The notes: generated from the letters alone by a model not told the origin. Shown: positions 27,440-38,543, counted from the stretch's first letter. The stretch: DNA of 41,303 bases from an uncultured bacterium (GCA_965369655.1 CBDUQR010000025.1:1-41303); one strand, 5' to 3'. Program-made: numbers and translations.

Positions 27440-28690
27440 ATGGGTCAGACAATAGCTGAAAAGATTTTCTCGAACAAAGCGGGGCGAACGATCGTGCCGG
27501 GCGAAATTATCGAAGTCGAGCCGGACATCGCGATGTCGCACGACAATACCGCAGACATCTCGAACACGTTCTACAAAATCGGCGTCGACAGGGTAGCAAG
27601 ACCGGACATACATGTGATTGTACTCGATCACTGCTCGCCGCCAGCGAATGAAAAGTACGCCGAGAATCACAAGATCGTACGCGAGTTTGTCAAGAAGCAG
27701 AGCATAGAGAATTTCTTCGACACCAATCGAGGAATCTGCCACCAGGTGCTGATCGAGGAAGGGTTCATCGTGCCCGGTATCGTCGCGGTCGGATCAGATT
27801 CCCATACGACCCATTACGGCGCGCTCGGAGCGTTCGGCGCGGGAATCGGCAGGTCGGAGATGGCGGTCGTGTTCGCCACAGGCAAGCTGTGGCTGCGTTG
27901 CCCGGAGTCTATCAAAATGACAATCAACGGCGCTTTCCAGCCGGGAGTCACGACGAAAGATCTGACGCTGCATATCATCGGCACGATCAAAGCCGACGGC
28001 GCGCTCTACAAGTGTATCGAATTTCACGGTGATTCGCTGAAACAGATGTCATTCGATTCGCGGCTGGTATTCTCGAATATGTCGGTCGAGATGGGCGCCA
28101 AGGCAGGAATCGTACCGCCGGATGATATAACGGACGAGTTCCTCAAGAATCGTGCGAGAAAAAAATACAAAGCTGTACTGCCCGATCCAGACGCTCGATA
28201 CGAGCAGGAACTGACGTTTGATATCAGCAATCTCGAACCGCAGGTCGCCTGTCCGCACACTGTCGATAATGTAAAGCCGGTTTCTGAAGTAGCGGGGACA
28301 AAGATCGACATGGCGTTCCTCGGAACATGCTGCAATGCGCGCCTCGAAGATCTTCGGAGCGCAGCAGAGATAGTAAAAGGCAAAAAGATCGCAAAGGGCG
28401 TGCGTTTTCAGGTGACGCCCGCATCCCAGCACGTCTATCTCGATGCGGTCAGGGACGGCACTATCGCCACCCTGATCGAATCGGGTGCGATCGTGACGAA
28501 CTCGAACTGCGGGCCATGTCTCGGCGCGCACATGGGTGTGCCTGCACCCAATGAAGTCGTCATCTCGACTGCGAATCGCAATTTCAAAGGCCGCATGGGT
28601 TCGAAAACATCCGAAGTCTATCTGGCATCACCCGCGACAGTAACAGCGGCAGCGCTGGCAGGTGAGATCGTCGATATCAGAAAGTTGTAA
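27440..28690 (+). CDS. leuC: 3-isopropylmalate dehydratase / homoaconitase-type large subunit (aconitase family)
   Basis: MGQTIAEKI, HDN, DH, GICHQ, GSDSHT, NMSVEMGAK, GTCCNAR, CGPCLG, STANRNFKGRMG, YLASP; AAGGAG RBS. LeuC versus HacA/DmdA not resolved. Confidence 0.8.
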   Translation: MGQTIAEKIFSNKAGRTIVPGEIIEVEPDIAMSHDNTADISNTFYKIGVDRVARPDIHVIVLDHCSPPANEKYAENHKIVREFVKKQSIENFFDTNRGICHQVLIEEGFIVPGIVAVGSDSHTTHYGALGAFGAGIGRSEMAVVFATGKLWLRCPESIKMTINGAFQPGVTTKDLTLHIIGTIKADGALYKCIEFHGDSLKQMSFDSRLVFSNMSVEMGAKAGIVPPDDITDEFLKNRARKKYKAVLPDPDARYEQELTFDISNLEPQVACPHTVDNVKPVSEVAGTKIDMAFLGTCCNARLEDLRSAAEIVKGKKIAKGVRFQVTPASQHVYLDAVRDGTIATLIESGAIVTNSNCGPCLGAHMGVPAPNEVVISTANRNFKGRMGSKTSEVYLASPATVTAAALAGEIVDIRKL

Positions 28691-28706
28691 TCGCACCAGA
28701 ACGAAG

Positions 28707-28726
28707 GCCTGCGCAACTGCGCAGGC
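28707..28726 (+). terminator. Hairpin after the leuC-like gene
   Basis: GCCTGCGC-AACT-GCGCAGGC; weak U-tract. Confidence 0.4.
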
Positions 28727-28757
28727 ACTGTTGTATCAGACGAAATAAATCCTGAGT

Positions 28758-28844
28758 CTATTCATGGCATGGGAACAGTCCGCCGCCGAATATATACGTG
28801 ATCAGATAGACAACATCGTCGATATCGACTTGATCCGAAGAGTT
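28758..28844 (-). pseudogene. Orphan dockerin-like half repeat (gene 3' remnant)
   Basis: Minus strand translates to ...SSDQVDIDDVVYLITYIFGGGLFPCHE*, with no upstream gene body. Confidence 0.75.
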
Positions 28845-28856
28845 TGTGATTGCGAA

Positions 28857-28882
28857 AGGGCCTGCCGGTATTGGCAGGCCCT
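28857..28882 (-). terminator. Intrinsic terminator downstream of the dockerin-protein cluster
   Basis: AGGGCCTGCC-N6-GGCAGGCCCT perfect 10-bp stem 30 nt after the stop at 28913; short T run on the minus strand. Confidence 0.65.
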
Positions 28883-28912
28883 CAAAATCTCGTTGTCTAA
28901 GGCTCTCTTGAA

Positions 28913-31051
28913 CTACGGTGAGCAGGGTGGCGGGCCACCGCCGAATATGTAGTCAACGAGCCACATAATATCATCTATGTCGACGGAATGTGAGCAGTCT
29001 GTATCAGCTCGGATTATCGAGCCCGGCAATGGCAATCCTCCGAAGATAAAGTCGACGATAGTGAGTATGTCATCGATATCTACGTTCCCGGATATGTCGA
29101 CATCACCCGGAAGGACTACCTGGTTCTCTGGAACAATCCACTGCTTCGGATTAGACGAGTACTTACCGACCAGGTAAACCTCACCCACGACCTCAAACGA
29201 GGTCTCTGTCATGCAGTCGCCCGACACGGTATAAGGATTGAGTGTCGTATCGAGCAGCACGCCATAGCAATCCAGGAAGGGAGCTATTGGGATCGTGATA
29301 GCCAGCACCTCTCCGACGAAGTCAGGATGACTCGGAAGGATCTCCGTGGAAAGCGCGGGAATCGAGTCATTGATTCTGATTGACGATTCGATTACGTCGC
29401 CCGCGCCGCAGCTATCATCGAAATTACCGAGATAGACCGTTGCCATGATCGAGTCGACCGCGAACTTGTAGTAGATGTGCGCCGGACCCGGCTCGAATAC
29501 AGTCGCCAATTCGCCGGAAGTCGTATCCGAGATGACAAGGGTAACGTCTGCGGTCTGAGGATCGTTCACGGCAGCCGGGTCAGACACGGTGACGATGGCA
29601 TCGTATGTACCAACAACGAGTCCGCTCACATCGACAAACAATGTACAGGTACCATCACCGATACCAGACGCCGGGTCAAGTGACAGCCAGGCGGCGGCGT
29701 CCGAGGCGGTCCAGTCGAGCGTGCCGCCACCAGTATTCGTGATAATCATCATCTGGCCCAATGGATTCGGTCCGCCTTCGGGAGCCTCGAAAAGGAAATC
29801 ATCAGGGTCAATAGCTAATTCCGGCGGAGGTTCCGCTATGTAGAGCGCAACTTTGGCGATTTGAGGACTGTTGACCGCATCAGGGTCGGAAACTGTCACA
29901 TTCGCAGAATAGACGCCTGCCGTGAGACTCGCGATACTTACCGACAGTGTACAAACGCCATCGCCAGTCCCGGATGTCGGGCTCAGAGCGAGCCACAACG
30001 CATCGTCCGATGCCGTCCATTCGAGAGTGCTTTCGACAGCATTTGATATCAATAGAACCTGGTTCGGCGGGTTGGGACCTCCTTCAACCGCCTCAAATGT
30101 CAGGCTGTCCGGATCAAGGACTATAACCGGCGGAGGCGGAAGAACAGTCAGATATACCGGTACCTTCTGCGGATCGTTCGTGGCGGCAGGATCGGAAACG
30201 GTAATCGTATCCTCGTACAAACCTGCTGCCAGACCGGCGATGCTCACATAGAGAGAACATGGCCCGTCATCGACGCCTGAACCGGGACTCAGTGTGAGCC
30301 ACGGCTGAAGATTCGTGGCAGTCCAGTTGAGCGTCCCCTCTCCAGTATTCTGCACGTTCAACAACTGCACGTTTGGATCTGCCTCTCCGGCCACCGCTTC
30401 AAAATTGAAGCTGGTCGGATCGAGCCCGATCGTCGGCTCCTCAACAGGAGTACATATATTGTTTACCACATGAATTGTCGCGCCTACATATTGCGGCGCG
30501 TAGCCTGAGCCTGGAGAGGGAGAGAACTTGAAAACCCCAGCAGGCGGGAAAAAGACTGAGTCGACAGCTATGTCGAACTCACACGGCAGCAAGGTGGGAT
30601 CAGGAATCTTGATAAAGAAATCGCCAATCTTCGATGACGTATTCGGAGGGAAGGACGGCATGATACGTCCGAGCAGGCAGCCATTGTACTCGCTGTGCCG
30701 CGCCCCTGGGTAGCGCGCTGAATCCACTGCACTAAATGTCCATGGTACCGGCAAGGCCGTCGACATAGTGTAATTAAATGTGTCGACCACTATCAGCGAG
30801 TCGTCATGGCCGGTGCCGCCACCGGTGCTCGTCGGGATCTTGAAACCGAGTGAAAAAGCTGTAATACTCTGGTCCGTCCAGCCGAAGAGTTCGATCGAGA
30901 AGACCGAATCTCCTGCGGCATCGATCGTCCATGTCGGACTCTCCGGTACGTAGCGAACGGTGTCCGGAACGCCAGTATCCTGCGCAACGGCAGATGACAA
31001 CCCGGCTATAACAATGACCGAAACTAGCATGAATAACAGACGAGATTTCAT
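28913..31051 (-). CDS. Secreted non-catalytic protein: putative cohesin-like N-domain, three BACON-like Ig repeats, divergent dockerin-like C-terminus
   Basis: Signal peptide; three repeats of LDP..F.FEA.EGG.NP..Q.L.I.N.G.GTL.WTA....WL.LSP.SG...TVSDP.A.N.PQ; terminal GDVDISGNVDIDD and ADTDCSHSVDIDD; GAGGA RBS. Cohesin call is tentative. Confidence 0.75.
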   Translation of the reverse strand: MKSRLLFMLVSVIVIAGLSSAVAQDTGVPDTVRYVPESPTWTIDAAGDSVFSIELFGWTDQSITAFSLGFKIPTSTGGGTGHDDSLIVVDTFNYTMSTALPVPWTFSAVDSARYPGARHSEYNGCLLGRIMPSFPPNTSSKIGDFFIKIPDPTLLPCEFDIAVDSVFFPPAGVFKFSPSPGSGYAPQYVGATIHVVNNICTPVEEPTIGLDPTSFNFEAVAGEADPNVQLLNVQNTGEGTLNWTATNLQPWLTLSPGSGVDDGPCSLYVSIAGLAAGLYEDTITVSDPAATNDPQKVPVYLTVLPPPPVIVLDPDSLTFEAVEGGPNPPNQVLLISNAVESTLEWTASDDALWLALSPTSGTGDGVCTLSVSIASLTAGVYSANVTVSDPDAVNSPQIAKVALYIAEPPPELAIDPDDFLFEAPEGGPNPLGQMMIITNTGGGTLDWTASDAAAWLSLDPASGIGDGTCTLFVDVSGLVVGTYDAIVTVSDPAAVNDPQTADVTLVISDTTSGELATVFEPGPAHIYYKFAVDSIMATVYLGNFDDSCGAGDVIESSIRINDSIPALSTEILPSHPDFVGEVLAITIPIAPFLDCYGVLLDTTLNPYTVSGDCMTETSFEVVGEVYLVGKYSSNPKQWIVPENQVVLPGDVDISGNVDIDDILTIVDFIFGGLPLPGSIIRADTDCSHSVDIDDIMWLVDYIFGGGPPPCSP

Positions 31052-31264
31052 TTTGCTATCCTCTCATATTGCATTGTTTTCAGTGGCAGGGCCTAATTCG
31101 TCCTCATGTCATTATAGGTCATTCTTCGATTTAGTCAAGACCCTTTTCATTCGATCCGGTCGATTAACAACCTGAATTGCGTGGGTGCAAGCCAGATTCT
31201 GACGTCTCGTCATAGAATGATGAAGCTCCGGTTGATCCCGTAGAACCTACTTTTGCACATACGC

Positions 31265-34141
31265 TTAGCATCCATCGCACGGCACTGGACCGGAGGCGAA
31301 AATGTACGATATCAGATAAACTATATCATCGATATCTATCGCTCCTGAGCAATCAACGTCTCCCGACTCATACGGGTCCGGGGCAGGTCCGCCGTTGAAA
31401 ATAAAGCCGATTAGATAGACTACGTCATCGATATCCACTGCACCGGAACCGTCAGCATCGCCGCATATCCATCCCGCCAGAACTTCTATTGTCAGCGGTC
31501 TCTGCGCCTCGGCTCCGATCTGATCCTGTGCAACGGCAGTGAAACTGAGCTGTCCCGCGCTTGTCGGCGTACCGGATACGATGCCATCCCCAGACACCGA
31601 CAGTCCTGAACCTGCGAGATCGCCGTTCAGATCGCTCCATGAATGCTGTCCTGTCCCGCCAGTGGATTCGAGCTGAATGCTGTACGGCTCACCCTCGTTC
31701 GCATCAGGAAGCTCTGTCGTCGTAATCTGAAGCTCAGGGTTGATCGTGAAACTGAATGGTTTCATATCGAATGTGCCAACCTGGTCCTCTACATGCGCTG
31801 TGAAATTTATCTGACCGGATGATGTCGGAGAGCCCGACAACAGTCCGTCAGTCGAGAGAGTCAGACCGGTCCCATCGAGATCGTTATTCAGATCGCTCCA
31901 GGTTAGACTCCCGGAGCCACCCGAAGCTTCCAGTTGCTGAGAATATGGGAACCCAACTGTCCAGTCGGGAAGCGACGCTGTTGTAATTTCGACCGGGATG
32001 CCGGAAGCCGGGAAGATAATGTAGTCGATCCACCCGCAATCGCTGCCATGCGATTGTGATCCGTCTTTATAGTATGTCCATTTGAATGTCCGCGATCCGG
32101 CATTTACGCTATATGCTGCCCTTGTCCATCCGACCGAACCGGACCATTTACTCTTCTCTGAGCCATCGATATAAAACCTCAGATAGTCCCAGCCCGATTC
32201 CGACGATACTTTGTAGTAGAATGTTATCGAATCCGACTGAAGGACATCGAGCGTGACCGTCATTGTCGATGTCTGATTGTGGCTGATATTCCCCGATTTC
32301 GAGCAATACGTTCCCTCGTAGACGCCGGTTGTCACGAGCGTCCACGGCTGATTTCCAGACATTTCCCAGGGATACGACGCGAACGATCCCGACTCGAAAT
32401 CCTCGATCTGCTGGCCAATCAGTATCTGGAATGAAGCCGTATCGGCATAACCGCCGCTGGCAGTCATGTATAGGTCGAAATCGACCGTATGATAGAAGGG
32501 GCATGACGGAAGCACCTCGAATTCATAGGCTGAATTCGACGCCGCTTCGCCGCCCAGTTTCGGGATAAACGGATAAGTCGAGACTGACTGCAGGATATTG
32601 ACATACGGGTCATCCGTCGCGAGCGTGGCACTCACGCCGAGTGCATCGCCGCCACCATCGTTCACCAGCGTTATATATGTCGACACGAAATCGCCCGGAT
32701 CGACCGCACCTGCATCATGGCCGACCATATCGAGCACCGGCTCATCGGAGAGTGGTTCGAGCTGGACATCGACAACCGTCGTGTTACAGTCAGTGACAAC
32801 AATGCCACTTATCGTCTGCGGCACATATCCTACAGCCGTGAACTCCAGGCTCCAGGTTCCCGATTCGATCATTCTGTAATAGTCGCCGACGTCAGGATCG
32901 GTGAAAACCCTTGCCGAATCGATGTCGTGACCGACGACGGTGATAACCGCATCTACCGGATCGCCGGTGATGGCGTCGGTAACGATGCCACGAATTCCAT
33001 ACAGAGCGTTTTCGAGGTAGGCCAGGAATGATCTCTTGTTGTATTCCCAGTGCGCTGGAAGCTGGTCTCCGGGAAGAAGCTGCTGGTCGGATAATTCAAA
33101 CGTGACTTCGCGGCCACCTCTGAAGTATGTCATGTAGTCCTGTCTGCCACCGGCAATGGTGTACCAGTCATAGCCGTTGGTGATGCCATCATCGAAACCT
33201 GTCATATAGCCGGAACTGTATGCCTGGACCGTATCAGCATAGGCATGACAAATATCCTGAAACCATTGATCGTCGGCATGTCGTTGTGCCCATGTGTCCC
33301 ATGGGTAGTTTAGTACTTCTGCGCCGGTATGATGGTTACCAGAAATGACAAATCGCTGTTCCTCGGCGAGGTCCATCATTACGACTGTCTCGGCCTGCCA
33401 GCTATTGCCATCCGGATGCTGGCCATCCTGGGGATCAGGGAAATTGCGATTCAGATCAACCGAATTGGCATTGTATCGTGTTGCTCCAAAGACAGTATGA
33501 TTGCCCCCGTTGTATGTCCCGTCCGGATTAGCATTTGGATTGATCCAGATGTCAAGGTTATTCACCATATCGACGATACGTGGATCAGCGGCTGTGTAAC
33601 CTGTCAGCAATGAATCGATCAGCCTGATCATAAGAACATATCCGCATATCTCGTTTCCGTGCATCGTGCTTGAATAACAAACCTCCGGCTCGTTTTCATC
33701 GACATACACATTGTCAGAGATTCTGGCGAATATGATCTCGCGACCCTCTACGCTATAGCCGACTGTCTGGACATCGCAGATCAGCGGATAATCAGACTCG
33801 AATTGATACATCATGGAGACATACGCTTCGTATGTCGGATACGAGTCCCACTCATCCATCCCTCTCTTGTCAGCAGCCATTCTCGGCTGGATCAGCGTGC
33901 CGGGATGCTGAAGCGCCTCATAGGTGTATCCCAACGCCTTGAACTCTTCGAGTTCCCGCTCATTTGCGTAGGCATAGACCTCTTTGCCGACGACATTATC
34001 GATAGAGACCACTCGCGTCAGTTTCCGGAGTTCTTCAGGTGAGTCGATGCTGAACTTGAAGTATGTCTCACCGGCAATCGCGACGCTGAACCAGGCTGCG
34101 ATAACCAGGATTACTACGATCATTCCGATTCTGATTTTCAT
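31265..34141 (-). CDS. Secreted M14 zinc carboxypeptidase with regulatory-like, putative Ig (He_PIG-like) and dockerin-like domains
   Basis: MHGNE, NPDG, DLNRNF, NYPWD, GGRQDY, TFEL; start ATG 34141 (MKIRIGMIVVIL) after AAAGGGA; two ITT..LP Ig repeats. Confidence 0.9.
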   Translation of the reverse strand: MKIRIGMIVVILVIAAWFSVAIAGETYFKFSIDSPEELRKLTRVVSIDNVVGKEVYAYANERELEEFKALGYTYEALQHPGTLIQPRMAADKRGMDEWDSYPTYEAYVSMMYQFESDYPLICDVQTVGYSVEGREIIFARISDNVYVDENEPEVCYSSTMHGNEICGYVLMIRLIDSLLTGYTAADPRIVDMVNNLDIWINPNANPDGTYNGGNHTVFGATRYNANSVDLNRNFPDPQDGQHPDGNSWQAETVVMMDLAEEQRFVISGNHHTGAEVLNYPWDTWAQRHADDQWFQDICHAYADTVQAYSSGYMTGFDDGITNGYDWYTIAGGRQDYMTYFRGGREVTFELSDQQLLPGDQLPAHWEYNKRSFLAYLENALYGIRGIVTDAITGDPVDAVITVVGHDIDSARVFTDPDVGDYYRMIESGTWSLEFTAVGYVPQTISGIVVTDCNTTVVDVQLEPLSDEPVLDMVGHDAGAVDPGDFVSTYITLVNDGGGDALGVSATLATDDPYVNILQSVSTYPFIPKLGGEAASNSAYEFEVLPSCPFYHTVDFDLYMTASGGYADTASFQILIGQQIEDFESGSFASYPWEMSGNQPWTLVTTGVYEGTYCSKSGNISHNQTSTMTVTLDVLQSDSITFYYKVSSESGWDYLRFYIDGSEKSKWSGSVGWTRAAYSVNAGSRTFKWTYYKDGSQSHGSDCGWIDYIIFPASGIPVEITTASLPDWTVGFPYSQQLEASGGSGSLTWSDLNNDLDGTGLTLSTDGLLSGSPTSSGQINFTAHVEDQVGTFDMKPFSFTINPELQITTTELPDANEGEPYSIQLESTGGTGQHSWSDLNGDLAGSGLSVSGDGIVSGTPTSAGQLSFTAVAQDQIGAEAQRPLTIEVLAGWICGDADGSGAVDIDDVVYLIGFIFNGGPAPDPYESGDVDCSGAIDIDDIVYLISYIFASGPVPCDGC

Positions 34142-34218
34142 TTCATCCCTTTCAACTGCATTGCGCTCTATTACGATATGCCTCTTAAGCTGAGACCTCT
34201 CATTCCGTCTCTCAGATT

Positions 34219-34322
34219 GTAGCGGCCTGCAAAGTCCTGAGCCTCGAAGGGCCAGCTTGACGTGGCTTCTAATTGTCAAGCGTCCTTCGCAAGTCTCTGG
34301 ACAGGCGAACGTGTTTGACCGA
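34219..34322. repeat. Decayed REP doublet with nested GTCCTGAGC..GAAGGG units
   Basis: AGCGGCCTGCAAAGTCCTGAGCCTCGAAGGGCCAGCTTGAC resembles 8121-8170 and is followed by a degenerate inverted copy. Confidence 0.55.
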
Positions 34323-34458
34323 CATGGAACTCACAACGATCGCCAGGTCACACCGCCGACCCCGTCGACGTCAAGACCTTGCGAAACTACCTTATGAAAC
34401 AACCTCCTAATGTCGTGTCCCAGGAATCCATTCACAATAAAAAGCGGCAAATTGAATC

Positions 34459-34507
34459 GTGGCATGGGCATCTTGCCCATGATTCACGGGTAGGATGCCC
34501 GTGCTAC
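34459..34507. repeat. REPIN-like doublet
   Basis: GTGG-CATGGGCA-TCT-TGCCCATG-ATT-CACGGGTA-GGA-TGCCCGTG-CTAC. Confidence 0.75.
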
Positions 34508-34545
34508 TACAAAAGAATATATGAACATATATCCGGGACACGATA

Positions 34546-37500
34546 CTAACACCCGTCGCATGGCGGCGGGCCACCCGAAAAGATGTATTCTATGATATAG
34601 ACGACATCATCGATGTCTATGTTCCCCGAGCAATCAACGTCGCCGGCATCATACACAGCCGGTGGTGGACCGCCGGAGAAGATGTAGTTCACAATGTACA
34701 CGGCGTCGTCAATATCGACATCGTTGCTTCCATTGGCGTCACCGCAGATGTAGCTCGCAACATCGAACGACATGGTATCCGCGTGACAGTAATCCGCCGC
34801 GATGACCACAATCGTCTCGGTAAGGAGCTGATCCGGCGCGGTTCCGACTATCGAATCATTCTGAACGCTGCACCACGTCGGGTAATCCAGGTATGTGATC
34901 GTATGATCTGAGTCATCCGGATCGGTAATCGACGGGTAGAATATGTACTCTTCGCCGCTTCTCGCGATCGCGTCATCTTCCTGATCGATCACAGGCGCGA
35001 CATTGGTCTGATCGACATCGACCGTCACCTGTAGCGTATCCGCCAGAGTGCCGTCGTTGACTATCACCGTGAACGATGTATCGGCGTAATCACACTCAGC
35101 CGTACCGGACACGGTCGAACCATCGAACGTACACCAGGACGGGAGATCGTCCACGGAAATCACCAATTCCGAACCATCACAATCGGGATCGGATACCGTT
35201 ACTGCATAGAGCAACTGTGCTCCCGGTTCAACTGCAATCGAAGTATCGGATGTCACCTGCGGTGGATCGTTTGAAAACTGCGGGTTGCAGCAGACGTTAT
35301 CCGGATCGTACGGGCAATCGTCGCATATGTCGCCGATGCCGTCATCGTCGGAGTCCGTTTGATCAGGATTGTATGTCGACGGACAGTTATCGAGTTCACA
35401 GGTATTCGCCGGATAACCCGGATCGCCGTAGCCGTCATCATCGGTATCTGTGCAGATATCGCAACTGTCGCCAATGCCGTCACTGTCAGCATCAGACTGA
35501 TCAGGATTGAACGTCGCCGGACAGTTGTCGAGATCGCAAGTATTTGCTGGGAATCCTGCATCGCCGTAGCCATCGCCATCGGTATCTGTGCAGACATCAC
35601 AACTGTCGCCGATGCCGTCACCATCGGCGTCTTCCTGATTAGGATTGTAAACGGACACACAGTTGTCATTCTGGTCATAGATACCGTCGCCGTCCGAGTC
35701 GACCATCGCCGAGCACTCAAACGCTGTCACGACGACATCGTCAACGCCGGCTTCGACAACCGAACCGTTGCCTAAGTCTGATGCGTCAAACCTGATTCTG
35801 ACCTGCGATGACGGCGTCACGAAATCAGAGACTATAAAACTATGCTCGAACCATCCCCCTGATGCCTGCTCGACCGGCCCCACTGTCTCGACCTCGGCCC
35901 AGTTCGTTCCATTGTTGGATGAGATATATACTACGAATATATCATTGTTCGGATCATCACCAGTACTATTTGAATACCATCTTGCATAGTGTACGAGACC
36001 ATCTCCAAGCGAGCAGTCGAACGCGGGCGATGTTAGTATCGTTGTACCACCGTCGACATCGGAGTTGCCATCGACATTGTCGGTCAGGAAGCATCTGCCG
36101 GAACCATCAAAATCGGTCGGTGGGTCACCTCTGTCGCCTCCGCCTACCGGAACGCCGCGATCCCACTGACCATCTGAAGCATCGCCTGATACGCTCCAGC
36201 CCTGATCCGTCTCGAAATCATCTTCAAAGACTACGGTTACTGTAGTCGCAGCAAAAGTGGAGTAAGGCGAAGTTGAATCTGGATAATAGACTCTGCCAAT
36301 GGTCGCTTCTTCTGCACTGAAATAGTATTCCAGTCCATCATCACAAGCAATTGGCGGTAAGTTAGCTTCGTAGTAGTTCGGAGAAACCTCGGTCATCGCT
36401 TCAGTCTGAACCGGTCCACCGTTCAAGCTATAGTGAAGCTCACCAGTACCAGGGACCGGCACTCCTTCGCCGACAGGCGATACTTCGACGTCAATCGCAG
36501 TTGACTGACCCGGGTAAACGTAGTCAGGAAGTCCCTGAGGGAAATCGAAGGCGAGACCAGCCGATCCTTTGATTGATACTGTCGGATCGCCAAACAAGTT
36601 CGCTTCATAGTAGACCCACCGCATACAGCTTTCATCGATCCTGTAGAGATTATCTTCTTTGGAGTCATGGTTGGCTCGTCCTAACTCAGGTTTCCCTTCG
36701 GTTGGGTTGAACACGGCATCCCAGAATTCACGGTTGAATCGCTGTGAGGGACCATCGGTGCTGTATTGGGTTCCCCAGCCATAACGCGCATTCATCACGA
36801 TCGCAAACCCACCAGCATCAGTCTTGATGTTCATGTACTCTGCCCAGCAGTCGGTGCCATCGAAATGGCCGGCCAGACAGGTTTGTGAATAAACAAAGCA
36901 ATGGTCGTTATTGGTCAGTTCGCTCATAATGTCGCTGTCATAGAGCTTCATCGCGTAGTCAGGGCTGCCGTGTCCAAGATGATTGATTATGTGAAGCCCG
37001 TTGTTAACGCGCGACGTCAGATCAGACTGCGGCCAATTGTAGTTCTGTTCATACAACCTGTCAACATCGTATTCATCGGATGGAATGCCGACAGTCGTAT
37101 AGCCATCAGCACTGGAACCGTCAACATTCTGATCCATCATTGGTCCGGCGTAGTCGGAGATGCCACCAAAACCGAGATACTCACCCACCATCAGGACATT
37201 CTGGAGATAGGCGTCGGTGGCATTCAGATACTGAAGAGTCTTGTTGACGAAGCGGGTAGCCTCCGTTGTGTTGCCAACTGACGCACGACCGACGTAAACA
37301 TCCGCGACGAGATCAACATCGCCACCACCCCTGCCATCAGTCGGTTCTCCCCAATAGGAGTCGCCATCATAATTCCATGTGTCGTCAAGGCAGGCAAAAA
37401 AGATGTCTCCCGGCATCGCAGTCTCGATCTCAGCACCGCTGCCTTCCCATGACTTGACATAGAGGTTCTTGGCCGGGATAAGATCGTCATCAGCGCCAAT

Positions 37501-38373
37501 TATAACATACTGGATACCGTCGTAGTCGTGACGGTCTCTGATATAGTCGCGTATGTCATCGGGATCACTGCTGCCAATATCGGTAGTAGTATGAATCTCA
37601 GTGGCGATGCCGTTGGCATCATGGTAGTCTTTGAGGGGCTGGAAAGAACTGGCAAACGATGGCGTCGTGATGATCAACAGATCATAGTTTCTATCGCCGC
37701 GTTTATCCAGCATGCGATAGCTGTATATCTCGTTCTGGTTGTCGATTCTGGTCACAACCTCCGCCTCATCAATATCCAGTCCCCGAAAATGAGAATTCAT
37801 TTTGTCAGAATCAACCGTGTTGACAACGACAGTGAGGCTTTGGCAGTAGGACAATTCTCCGCTGCTGGGAACATATTGTACCGGGTGCAACCGCAATGTG
37901 AGTATTTCGTAGCCACGGAAACCAAAGGTGCCGATCTCCCTGAATTCATATCCGGGGAAGGGATCGGACGAGGAGTAGATCGCCTGATCCGGCGTGGGTG
38001 GCGCAGCGGAGCCTGGTGAGGCCGATAACTTCACCGGCTGGCATACTGGTTCAATATAGTAGTTCTTGCCGAGCGAAATGGGCTCGCTGGCACGAATCTC
38101 GATGCTCTCGACTTGGGTTCCTGCTGGCAGCAGAATACTCGCTCCGGTGGCAGGTAGCGCCGGTTGGCCAGTCATGCCGGAATTGGGCGCTCCTGCAATG
38201 AGTACCCTGTCATAGGTTTGGCCATCAAACGTAACTGTCAGCATTTCGGGGCGCTCGAAATAGTAATCCACCGTTATCTGTTCTGCGGCTGCGGACGCAA
38301 CAAGAATCAGCACTAACAGCAAGGTTAGCCCAAAACTCGTGGTCCTTGTCGTACTTGAGTTAGCATTCTTCAC
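34546..38373 (-). CDS. Secreted C25 (gingipain-like) cysteine peptidase with propeptide, thrombospondin type-3 repeats, Ig-like and dockerin-like domains
   Basis: GQPALP propeptide motif, YVIIGAD, VYVGR, NHLGHGS (His), YSQTCLAG (Cys), NLFGDP; GTG 38373 after AAGGGAG. Confidence 0.9.
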   Translation of the reverse strand: MKNANSSTTRTTSFGLTLLLVLILVASAAAEQITVDYYFERPEMLTVTFDGQTYDRVLIAGAPNSGMTGQPALPATGASILLPAGTQVESIEIRASEPISLGKNYYIEPVCQPVKLSASPGSAAPPTPDQAIYSSSDPFPGYEFREIGTFGFRGYEILTLRLHPVQYVPSSGELSYCQSLTVVVNTVDSDKMNSHFRGLDIDEAEVVTRIDNQNEIYSYRMLDKRGDRNYDLLIITTPSFASSFQPLKDYHDANGIATEIHTTTDIGSSDPDDIRDYIRDRHDYDGIQYVIIGADDDLIPAKNLYVKSWEGSGAEIETAMPGDIFFACLDDTWNYDGDSYWGEPTDGRGGGDVDLVADVYVGRASVGNTTEATRFVNKTLQYLNATDAYLQNVLMVGEYLGFGGISDYAGPMMDQNVDGSSADGYTTVGIPSDEYDVDRLYEQNYNWPQSDLTSRVNNGLHIINHLGHGSPDYAMKLYDSDIMSELTNNDHCFVYSQTCLAGHFDGTDCWAEYMNIKTDAGGFAIVMNARYGWGTQYSTDGPSQRFNREFWDAVFNPTEGKPELGRANHDSKEDNLYRIDESCMRWVYYEANLFGDPTVSIKGSAGLAFDFPQGLPDYVYPGQSTAIDVEVSPVGEGVPVPGTGELHYSLNGGPVQTEAMTEVSPNYYEANLPPIACDDGLEYYFSAEEATIGRVYYPDSTSPYSTFAATTVTVVFEDDFETDQGWSVSGDASDGQWDRGVPVGGGDRGDPPTDFDGSGRCFLTDNVDGNSDVDGGTTILTSPAFDCSLGDGLVHYARWYSNSTGDDPNNDIFVVYISSNNGTNWAEVETVGPVEQASGGWFEHSFIVSDFVTPSSQVRIRFDASDLGNGSVVEAGVDDVVVTAFECSAMVDSDGDGIYDQNDNCVSVYNPNQEDADGDGIGDSCDVCTDTDGDGYGDAGFPANTCDLDNCPATFNPDQSDADSDGIGDSCDICTDTDDDGYGDPGYPANTCELDNCPSTYNPDQTDSDDDGIGDICDDCPYDPDNVCCNPQFSNDPPQVTSDTSIAVEPGAQLLYAVTVSDPDCDGSELVISVDDLPSWCTFDGSTVSGTAECDYADTSFTVIVNDGTLADTLQVTVDVDQTNVAPVIDQEDDAIARSGEEYIFYPSITDPDDSDHTITYLDYPTWCSVQNDSIVGTAPDQLLTETIVVIAADYCHADTMSFDVASYICGDANGSNDVDIDDAVYIVNYIFSGGPPPAVYDAGDVDCSGNIDIDDVVYIIEYIFSGGPPPCDGC
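35290..35700 (-). repeat. Intragenic thrombospondin type-3 Ca-binding repeats
   Basis: Repeated DNCP..YNP.Q.D.D.DGIGD.CD units, also similar at the DNA level. Confidence 0.85.
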
Positions 38374-38543
38374 GGGTCTTCTCTCCCTTGATCTGAGATA
38401 AGTACGTGTGCGGATATCCAATCCTACGGTGAAACATTGTATCGAGTGGTCTCCAGTATGCCAAACGCAACTTGTTTGCTTTTATGATGTAATCGGCATT
38501 ATCCTCAGTCTCGACAGCAAGCCTCATGTAATTCGCTCGTGGG

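Noticed and set aside
28764-28952. Plus-strand 62-aa ORF
   Set aside because: It is the antisense shadow of the dockerin remnant and terminator.
34142-34279. N-terminal extension of the M14 ORF to 34279 (similarly 38421, 13083, 262, 20043)
   Set aside because: Downstream starts have a better RBS, signal peptide or gene overlap; the 34279 extension runs through repeat DNA.
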